A stretch of 64,000 nt of DNA from Trichoplax adhaerens (lineage: Eukaryota > Animalia > Placozoa), in the NCBI RefSeq assembly GCF_000150275.1, contig NW_002060945.1, positions 9,440,011 through 9,504,010 of the forward strand, written 5' to 3'. The notes below the pieces were generated by a model that was not told where the DNA came from, ran no database searches, and saw only the letters and a list, made by a program, of their open reading frames with translations. The translations under genes were made by a program, and so were the position numbers. Positions 1-10,017 of the stretch are shown here, piece by piece (the first letter of the stretch is position 1; each line of letters starts with the position of its first letter).

Positions 1-400
1 ACTGTACAGTACTGTACGTTCTCTTATCTCCACTGTGACCATGGAGATACGGTACACTGTAGCACTGGACTGTACACTGTACAGTACACTGTAGGGGCAG
101 AACCTGGAAGCGTAACACTGTACTGTACAGTATGTACAGTACTGTACAGTACTGTACGTTCTCTTATCTCCACTGTGACCATGGAGATACGGTACACTGT
201 AGCACTGGACTGTACACTGTACACTGTACAGTGTAGGTGTACACTGTAGGGGCAGAACCTGGAAGCGTAACACTGTACAGTACTGTACAGTACTGTACTG
301 TACGTTCTCTTATCTCCACTGTGACCATGGAGATACGGTACACTGTAGCACTGGACTGTACACTGTACACTGTAGGGCAGAACCTGGAAGCTTAACACTG
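1..400. repeat. Tandem satellite, ~140-146 bp unit, about 3 copies visible (array probably continues left of the window)
   Basis: Positions 1-40 recur exactly at 141-180; the core tacgttctcttatctccactgtgaccatggagatacggtacactgtagcactggactgtacactgt recurs at 15, 155 and 301. Units differ mainly in the number of ACTGT/ACAGT pentamers. Confidence 0.95.
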
Positions 401-429
401 TAATGTAGCTACTGTACAGTGCGCACTAC

Positions 430-1520
430 TGTAAATAGAAATCGTATGACCCTGCTTGGACGATACTAGACAGAAGACACTATTCCGTGATTGGCTTAGC
501 TGGTAGATCACGATAGCTAGTCATATGATCACTCACTCTTTCACACTCGCAGCTAGTTTCATTGATCACATTTGATGGTCGAGCTTACTGTACAGCACAT
601 TGCTCGGTCCTCTACCAGTGTTATTAGCCAGGTCAATTCTTCAAAATGGATGCTGTCGATTTTCTGTCGCGGATCAACATGGATAGACGAGTGCTACAGT
701 CCCTCTTTTTCTTTTCCTGAAAGTTGTCCTGCTGTACGGTACTGCAATGGATCCCTTCGTGAATCTACAGTACTCCAATGGCCGCACAGCCAAAGATTGT
801 TCTTTTACCTCTATTCACTGCATTGTACTGTACTGTACTGTATAATGGACTGTACACGGTACAGTGGACACTCATAACTAGGCTTTAAAGTCATAATACA
901 GTTATGGACTACTATCGGCATCTTAACGGTGCATCTACTAGACTGGTCGTTGATGACACAGTCAACTTATACCACAACTACAAAGTAGTTTTGATATTCT
1001 CCAATGGTCTACTAGACGCGTATAAAACGAGGATAGGACAATACTGCTAGTACGCGTATGCAAAATACGAAGACATTCCCAGTAATAACAGTAAAGCCTC
1101 AGATTACCGGTTCATCAACCAAAATGCTAGAAAAGCCTGTCAAAAAGGTCAAAAAAAGCGCGACCGGTGCAGTCAACGCACAGTACAGTCCAGTACTGGA
1201 AAGAAGAGAAAGGGACGAAATACGGCCGAAAGCTGCCCAAAAAGGAGCAGGCTGACTTTATTAGTGGTCATTTTACAATACGCTACAGCTGTAACCTTGC
1301 ACCGTACTGTGCAATAGCAACCTGGCAGCTAATTTGGTCGTGTAAGAAGTCAACAGTACAGCACAGTAAAAAAGATTGCCGATGATCACTCAGTAATTGA
1401 ATTCAATCAGGGACTTGTCGATTTGGGGGGTAAAAAAAATGGAAAAGTTCCTGATTATTAAATACGGGTCAGTGTCCTTTAAAAACAGTCAACCCGACTC
1501 GAGCGAGGGATAGGGGTTAA
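430..1520 (+). mobile_element. Heavily decayed piggyBac-family DNA transposon fossil (transposase relic plus right terminus)
   Basis: Transposase-like motifs occur in the expected order across frameshifts and stops: GRY*TEDTIP (YW motif, TGG>TAG, ~460); VISQVNSSKWMLSIFCRGSTWIDECYSP..CPAVRY (first catalytic D, cf. IDE..PF.GRCP...Y, ~620-740); LGFKVII..DYYRHLNG..LVVDD (~880-960); ASTRMQNTKTFP (cf. GTVR.NRK.FP, ~1046-1081); C-terminal SGHFTIR..YCA...WSCKKSTVQHSKKDC (Cys-rich domain, ~1260-1380). It ends in GGGG (1513-1516) followed by TTAA (1517-1520). No left end found. Confidence 0.6.
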
Positions 1521-2167
1521 GTAATTTCGCGCTAATACAGTCTTTGTATAGCAATTGTACTCATTTCGGGCTTGAAAATCAACCGCTTTATCGGGTTGCG
1601 TTTTTACTCCATTTCATGGGTACCCTGACTGAGTGTCCGTCTTTGCTGATGTCTGTAGCACGACTAAAAGAAGTACAGTAAGCTACGATCGTACAGTACT
1701 GCACACTGTCACTGTACTGTACACTGTACAGTATGCCAAATTGCCAACACTACAGTAGTCCGCTACCGTAATGTACTGTATAGTACAGAAAACCCAGCCG
1801 GACGGACATACTTCTCCTCTATCCAAATAACCGTGAGGTACTTACAGTACTGTACTGTACTGAGTACGGTCAAGAAGAAGTCGACCATGTTCGGTTCATG
1901 CGCAGTTTGACTCGCAATCGACTTGGAGTCCAGCCGTGCCTTCTGACTATACTGTACTAACTGTAGTACGAGCGTTTGATACTGTAGTACTGTACTGTAC
2001 TGTAGGGGTACGGTACACTTTCAACAGCGCTGATCTGCACTCTGCAAGCGACGTTTCTTTGCTGTATCTACACATCACCGTCGCCAACTGAAGGCCTACG
2101 CAAGCGGCAGAAATTTGGGCGTACAACGCAGTTATTATTTTTGATTCAGCCTGGTATCTGATCCAGT

Positions 2168-5100
2168 ATGATTTTACTGGAAATTGAAAATAAAATTGTA
2201 GAAACTACTCTTAAGAGTAGGCTAAACAGGTTAGCAAAGTAGCTTCAAATTGAAATTCCTTTCAGTGATGTAAAAGAAGGCAATCACTATTTTCGATTCT
2301 ATTAAACGACTCTATTTCACAGTGTGTACAATATTATAGCGCAAGACATACTACGATACCATACTGTAGCTAGTGGGATATGTGAGAAAATAGGACGATT
2401 GCTGCCCTTGCACTCTTCATGCAATCTTGACTTGCCTCTCTTCTTTCTCCATGCTACACTAATACTTCTAGTTATTATTGACTCTCCACATTTCCCACCA
2501 AGTGGGTAAGGTTACAATCTCTTTAACTTACTGAAGCTACTACAGCATTTGTTGCAGTGCTTTACCGATCATGTAACTGTCGAAAAAGAGCATGCTTCAT
2601 AGTCAGCAATTCTTGATCGAGCCATTTTCTACATTGCAAGGCTATCGAGTACGGGCGCCTACTCTCTTCTCTTTTTTTTTCCAAGTGCGTACAAGTATGT
2701 TGACAACATACTGTACAGTCCCTATGTACACTCATTGAAAGTAATGGAACGTGCTAGTTTATTAAATTATAAAATAACTTCAAGCGATTGTCTCTTTTAT
2801 TCTTGCTTGAAGTATACCTCCCATTCTACCACGGAATGGACGATACGAATTCAGTTGCTGTATATTTGTATAATATAATAAGTGCCCGGAATTTTTGAAA
2901 GAGTACATAAACAAAGTGGCACTGCGTAAACTTGATTTCACGGCAATACGCGTAGGAAACACGCTGCTGTACAGTATGCTGTATTGGACATACATATAGA
3001 CAGTAGATCAGTGCCACTAGACTACGATGTGTCCTCAATCTTTAAATAACTCTTACTAATAATATTTTACCTTGGCATCAACAGTCAAAAGCCTGACGCC
3101 GTCGATCAAACGGTTGCTGGTAAGTTGGTAATACACTAAATTTAGCAATATAGACTACACTTTACTACAGCAAATTTTCTACAACTACCTAGCTATACTA
3201 CACGGTATCATCCATATAGGCATATACCAGTTATCACTTCATGCTATATACTGAGTAATTAATAAATCGCTACCTTCAATGTCATAAAGTGTAACCACAT
3301 AATGCATCTATGATTATGGACTGTTCCATAATTGATTTAGCCATTGCTACAAATTCCTTGTTAACAATTAATTAAATGAACAATTAAATTTTATTTTAGA
3401 ATCTCTTCATACTAATATTGTAGTTAGCAACCTCTAGTCCATTAGTTATGCTCATGAAATAGACTTTTGAGATCAATCAAGTAGAAGTAAACCAACTTGC
3501 AAGCGATTTCTAACCATATTCATCCTACTTCTATCAATAGACTACGATGGCGTGGTATTTCATATTTCAAATCCAGGCCGGGATAAAAGTAAAATAATGG
3601 TTAGCATTTCTATAAGATCCTATGCTCAACTTCAACAACATGGCGTCGATGAGGTAATTCTAAGATTAGTACTAACGGTAACGAACTTGCTTTCACAATG
3701 TACTGACTAGTGTGCTAATGGCACTAGATCATGATAGAATGGATATAGCGATCAACTATTACAGTAACATCATTAAACACAAAACCGAATGGTAAATGTT
3801 TTCCTTATTTCCATAGCATCTGGCTACAATATACGGCAACTACCTAACCACCCCGGAGGAAGGTATGCAAAATATTTCTATTAGCCCTATAGCGCAATGC
3901 CAGTTGCTTACAAATCTTCATTCTGAACCTGTTCAGGCTATGATGTATCTCTGTTGTTCGATTTGGAAAATCTTTCATCCGATAAAGGTATAACGAATAT
4001 GTATTTCAAATTACTACATCTTGTTTATAATAGTTAAATTCTTACCTTCGTCTCGACTCAAATTTTTCTAGATATCCTCATAAGAAATGCTAGCCTCTTG
4101 AAGCGAAACTGTGTAGCTTGCGTGTTTGAGAAATACTTTGATTTACAAAAGCAATACGAAGATCAAGGAGTACAGAGTAAAGATTTTGCAATTATAAACT
4201 ATCGCGAAGATGAGACACTGTAAGTTTCCCCGTATGATACCTGTGTACATTATTAATGGTTACAGTATATCTCTGAATCTAAATCCGGTAAAACCCTTCT
4301 TAGTTATATCCAGGCGCAGAAAGATCGAGTTGTTGTGATTTTTAGCACTCTTTTCAAGGATGAGAATGATATCATTATTGGTAAAGTTTTCATGCAGGTA
4401 TTCCGATATTGAATGAATTACGCAATAATCAGATCACTAACTAGCATTTGATGGCTTGGTAGTACTCGTATCGCAGTTTCAATGATAGCTTGTCAATTTT
4501 CTATATCATAATACATTGATGTACCTCACTTCGAACGACAGGAATTTAAAGAAGGAAGGCGTGGTCGCCAAGAAGCTCCACAGGTGCTGTTTAGCCATAG
4601 AGACCCTCCACTTGAGCTACGTGGCACTAGTGCTCGTATTGGAGACAACGTTGCTTACATCTCATTTGGTAGGTACATTGATCTAGGCTTCCGTAAATTT
4701 TGATCAAAACTGACTTATATGCCGTTTATTTGTAGTTCTTTTTCCTAGACATACAAATCCCAAAAATCGCCAAAATACAATCAATGTAATTCATACTTTC
4801 CGAAATTATTTACATTATCATATCAAATGCTCAAAGGTAAGCGAGCTCTTAATTATACACATTACTAAGCATAAATCTATCAATTAACGATCATTGTTAC
4901 TGAGGTTGACGAGTCACACACATCATGGTTACATTCTCCGATAGTTGTATCACAACAAATTTTTAATAACGGTATATTCACATTCCACCACTACCATTCT
5001 ATTAGGCGTACCTACATTCTCGGATGAGAGCTCGCACCGAGGATTTCTTGAAAGTTCTTAACCGAGCCAAACCTGAGAAAGTCTCCGAAAAGAAAACTAT

Positions 5101-5221
5101 AAGGTATTGTAAATTATTGCCATTTATTATTCCATAAATGCACATATTCATAAATCGCGAATAAGTAATGACTGAAAATTTAATAATTCTTCTCAGTGGC
5201 AAGACTTTCGTTAGGAGATAA
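2168..5221 (+). CDS. ARPC2: Actin-related protein 2/3 complex subunit 2 (p34-Arc), 11 exons, 299 aa
   Basis: Exons 2168-2229, 3085-3119, 3541-3653, 3817-3862, 3937-3987, 4072-4219, 4304-4397, 4542-4668, 4736-4836, 5006-5103, 5197-5221 are all GT-AG and total 900 nt in frame. Translation [111 protein letters not shown] matches ARPC2 throughout. Confidence 0.97.
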
Positions 5222-6257
5222 ATTGCAAAGATGACTGACAAGTGACAACAAAGTAATGTTCCAAGCACTGTAGCTTTTGCAGATGTTGGTTAAGTCACTG
5301 GTTACATCGTAAGCCAATGTGAAACGCACGCGTCTTCAACCTTTAAAGAATTTTTGCTATGTTCATTAGATAAAGTCAGAAACTATCAGATATGTTTAAA
5401 ATAAATCGGTTGGCCTTCATCAGTTATTGATTTTGTGATAAGTTTGTATAAGATTTGTGATATATTTCATAATACATCTATAAAATACATTTGTTATTTT
5501 TCAAGATTATTGTAATAAAATAAAATAAAATGTAATACTCTATGGTAAAGATTTCATTGCTCATCCTTATAGTTATACTACTATTTTAGATGCTTTTGCT
5601 GATGACATCAGAGAGAAGTGAACCATTTTATACGATAATATACAAGTATGCGAGTGTTAAAAATAGCAAGGAAAGCTGCAAAATCCTAGCACAATGATAT
5701 TTCGTATTAGGCCCGATACCTTCCTTCAGTTATTGTATATATTTCACTACTTACGGGCATACACCTATGAATGGAATCTAGAATTGCAGGCCATCTGAAC
5801 CGCTTTGGTGCCTGTAAATGTTAATGAACTTAATAACAGAGTCTCTCTTAAATTTGATCATACACACGATGTATAGCTCCTGCATGGCAAGATTATGTTC
5901 TGATACGCATGGAGATACAATGAAAGTGAATTGTGTAGCGCAGATACTGTGCATACCCAATTACCCATATACGCTAGACCCCCCTCTGAAATATACGTAT
6001 AATTATCACAAACTCGATTACAGTGCGAATAATCTCTTTTATACACCTGTCAAGAAATTTTGTGCAATTCCATTCAACTCATAGAGATAAGATAAGAATT
6101 AATCAAGTCTGTAGCTTACTTGAGTCGGCCCTGGAGAAAAAGCGAAGAATAGGTTGTACTACCGTGGGCCTAGTACAGTACATAAAGATTTAGATTCGTT
6201 CCCATTTAGTATCGAAATTACTAATATGCGCTACATTAGAACGGAGTGCTGACGTAG

Positions 6258-6559
6258 TACGATACAATTCCTTGGAGCCGTGAAATAGTATAAAGTCATC
6301 AATAAAGCAAAATAATATAATATACGCGTACGAGCAGACTACCCGCGGCTGTATTTCACATTAGCGGTTACACATATTAAAGTAATTTTTTTGTTGGTAA
6401 TTCCTTTTGTATGATACGATTCCTTGATAACGTGAAATGGTATAAAGTCATCCATAAAGCAAAATAATATAATATACGCGTACGACCAGACTACCCGCTG
6501 TATTTCACATTAGCGGTTACAAATATTAACGTAATGTTTTCGTTGGCAATTCCTTTTTG
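6258..6559. repeat. Local tandem duplication, 2 x ~150 bp
   Basis: gtgaaatrgtataaagtcatc..aaagcaaaataatataatatacgcgtacga..gactaccc..gctgtatttcacattagcggttac occurs at ~6280 and again at ~6432. Confidence 0.9.
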
Positions 6560-7771
6560 CTTTGATTCTATAGCTGTCGTGTAAGAAACCTTCTTTTCTT
6601 TTATAGTAAAAAGGATATATGCTTCCTTACATATTATTCGATCGAATGTTTATTTCGAACGGGTGTCGCAGTTAGTAACATACGCTCGTATATATAGATA
6701 TTTATATTTTCGAGGCGCTGAGACCTTATTTTCAGCACTGTATCTGATGCCAGTATCGTTTTGATTACGTACACTATATAAGTCGGGCCTAATGATGGTA
6801 TAACGCAACACGATTTTGTAAAATCACTTTCATAGCTTATGACGATAGTAACTTTAAGACCGCAAAAATTGCATCGACCACGCTGCTAAATGGCCCAACG
6901 ACTATTAATACGAGTATATACACGTCGCCGTACTAACTTTTACGCTCTTAAGGTCATTAACTTGAATAACTAATAGTAAACTATAATTAGCTGCTTCATT
7001 TCTCTGAATGCATAACACTGACTATTACAATTACAGGGCGAGACAACAATCTCTGCGGTGAAATACCCGCATGAGCCCATTTCTTGTACTGTACGTAGAC
7101 TATAAATCACTATAGAAAATGGCTTTATTTCGACCGAATGCGAGAATTATTTTCACTGTTAACGTTCCATTCATAAACAAGTATTGCTAATTTTAAAGTA
7201 GATGAAATGTGAGTTGTTAATTTAATTTCAAATCGGATTATAGCGGTAAAGCACTAAAAGGCACTTTGCATATTTTCTTTAAAAAATGAATAATGGTTAG
7301 CAGCGTCGAACGGTATTTTTATCCATTTTAGTCACACGGCTGTTTTTCGTCCGGTACCATGCTACTGTCAATGCTTAGCCCGCTGCTGGATTAAAGTTCA
7401 AGAACATGGCCAGGTACCGTTATGAGCTTTAGCATTTTACGTACATATACAGTACGCTTATAGCGTTAAGGTACTCATTACTTTGATTTACACTGCTGTA
7501 GATTCTCGATTCAAAATAAGCATTCGGGCCTGATACAACTCTGTTTACTGTTAGTTTGTTACCGGGAGCAGGTTCCACGCACACTTTTAGAAATACGTAT
7601 GCAAACTACAGTATACATACAGGCTGATTGTACTAGTCATTTTAATTAATTAATTGTGTGGTAAAGTCGTTAAATGGAGTGAAAACCCGAACCCGATCCA
7701 ATTATTGTATTGATTTTCAAAGCCGAGATGAATGCAATCGCTATACAAACACCCTATTACCACAGGAATTC

Positions 7772-7827
7772 TTAACCCGAATCCCCCTCCCCTTGATTGG
7801 GATCCAAATCAAGGTTTCGGGTTGACT
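7772..7827. repeat. GC-rich hairpin, possible piggyBac-type terminus or MITE relic
   Basis: Near-perfect 24-bp palindrome CCTTGATTGGGATCCAAATCAAGG (7791-7814) nested in AACCCGAA..TTCGGGTT (7774-7781 / 7816-7823). It starts TTAA-CCC, and TCGGGTTGACT (7817-7827) is the reverse complement of 1487-1497 in the piggyBac fossil end. Confidence 0.45.
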
Positions 7828-9299
7828 TTTGTTGGTTATGTGAATCCCGGAGTTGGCATTCAGAAAGTGTGGCGGCTCTGGGCCACCGTACAGAAGACTA
7901 GTGCGGTACAACAGCGTCCGCGTCGTTGCACAACAATCAGAGACTACTGTACTATCCAAAATTTTGCCCCTTCGCTTGGAAGGGTTTTAAAAGGGGCATA
8001 TTTTAATTATAATTATCCCCTAACTACTACATTGTACTTTTTAGTACCACAAAGAGACGGTGGCACATTTCTCCAATCGAACTCACGAGGAAACAGTAGC
8101 AATACGGTAGATTCATTAATTACGACTGAGAGTCCTTTCTTAATTAAGGGAATGATTACATGCCCACTTGAAAGATCTACGTATAACATGAAGCCATACA
8201 ATGAGATTGAAAGATTTCGATTGTTCCAATCATGCATCATCGATGGCTTTAGCACAGTTTAATACTACTAATAATGATTCATTACTTCTTCTTCTAATAT
8301 AGTAATGTAAACTGGTTGACTATATGACTCAAATAAACGCTGTATGCATAACTATTGTTGGAGGAATGTTCTAGTGGAGTAATGCGTATTGTCTTCAAAT
8401 ATTGGACAATGTCAACTATTGTCCAAGCAACATCTTTCAAGTCTGTAATTTTGTAAGAGTCATAAAAGAGTAAGTTTTAGTCTACTACAATAGATGAAGT
8501 CATCGATTTAGAGAAATGAAGAATCGCCAGAAGGACAACTGCTGCTAAGTAGAATAGTACGAAAGCATGCATTCTCAGCGCTGCTTCCCTAGAGTACTTC
8601 TTCATCAATAGAGAAAATATCATGAAGGCGGAAAAAAGCCAAAATGGCAATTGAATTCTAATGTGGGTAATTTGTAAATCAACTTGCAGACTCCGATTTA
8701 TCATCGACAAGTACCACTATCGGATTTAATTTGAACCTTTGCTGATAGCACTATCAGTGTCGAGTCAGAATAGAGTATACAGCAAATGATATATAAATTA
8801 CTGTATTTCGTGTGTCTAAGATGAATACAATAGAAGAAAGGAACTGCAAGTTAGGCTTTCTGGCCGTCAACACTTGAAATGATGAAATTAAACTATTCTA
8901 TTAATTCTAATAATTCAATAAGCGATATGAGTAACGATGTTAATTTGCTGTACAATCAATAGCCTATGGTTTTAATCACTGCATACTATTCATCATACTG
9001 TAATAGTTCAGTAAGAATAGCATGATATAATGCCTCTATTCTCTACCATTCCTCGAACGAGATCATCGCGCATAGAAAAATGTTATGTATCATTGTCTTA
9101 CGATTTGTAAAGTGACAATAAAAAATGTCATAAAACGGTCTACAAAACCAGTTGATGAAGTTAGTACCTTATGATAAAACGACAAACATTCCCTAATAAT
9201 ACATCGCCTACTCGAAACGATGACTAGAATAACCATAATGGATCTATTTAAAATTAAAAAAAAAAAAAATGAGAAACGATCGGCATTGAAATCGTATAT

Positions 9300-10017
9300 T
9301 GCCAAGTGATGGCCATGTTTTCAGGTGGTCTACTTCGAATCTAAATAGAAATTGATTGAATATACTTTAGTAATTAGCGCTAAATAGAAATAACTCATCA
9401 TCTTTGATTAATCGCTATAAATCCAATGTTTTTTCTATCTCTTATTTGCATAACTGATTTACATGGGAAAAATATTTTCAGTCTGGCGACAGTCGGTAAT
9501 ACAAAGAGTCATCACGTCATCGATGGCTAGGCTTGGCATTGAAGAGGTGCTTTATTTATTGTATATAATCTAATTGAAATTGAAGTACCGCCTCGTTAAA
9601 GAAACCCAACCGTCTATCCAGGACTGCAATGGTCTATCACTAATTGTCTACTATTGTTTCATTATTATAATAATTATTCTTATTTTTACTGACTTATCAA
9701 TTTGAATCTACCCCTAACTGATTGTTGCACTGTATACTAAAGCTATTTTTTCAAGCTGCCTCGGCGTATGTATATCAATTCTTATTCTTTTCTCGACATT
9801 CTATCTCTCTTACTCAGTAGTTGTGCTTCCTTATCTTTATTTTAGTCGATCATAGAAGATTATTCTGTAACGACTGGCTATAGTACTTGTAACTAGTATC
9901 TGTTTGCTATTTTGTAAGCAGCGTGCGTCCTTGGAATATTAGATCAAAGCATTTCACTTGTACCGTAGAAAGCAAAATCGATTCAGTATTCCGTTAATTA
10001 TTCATCTATCAAATACG
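9300..10017 (+). promoter_or_regulatory. Putative promoter and non-coding first exon of L1-like gene A
   Basis: Non-coding block well conserved with 27240-27957. Contains an octamer ATTTGCAT (9444) and a CRE-like TCACGTCA (9512), both kept in copy B. Ends at a conserved donor G|GTAAGA (10018; 27958 in B). The ATG exon begins at an acceptor (ctatag, 14457), so an upstream exon is required. Confidence 0.45.

Noticed and set aside
24-398. Minus-strand ORFs of 124 and 68 aa rich in TVQ/YS/CT
   Set aside because: They are translations of the ACTGT-rich satellite, not genes.
1620-2160. Possible spliced minus-strand gene divergent from ARPC2 (MCRYSKETSLAECRSALLK..QKARLDSKSIASQTAHEPNMVDFFLT)
   Set aside because: Open stretches exist, but splice sites are weak, one intron would be under 30 nt and no family was recognised. 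Needs RNA evidence.
2324-3038. Short ORFs at 2324-2509, 2780-2995 and 2826-3038
   Set aside because: They lie inside ARPC2 intron 1; no consistent exon chain or recognisable product.
5002-5268. 88-aa minus-strand ORF
   Set aside because: Antisense shadow of the last ARPC2 exons.
7732-8262. 176-aa plus-strand ORF
   Set aside because: It runs across a palindromic repeat relic and the duplication boundary; the paralogous sequence at ~26010-26215 has indels and an in-frame stop (CTG TAG); no domain recognised.
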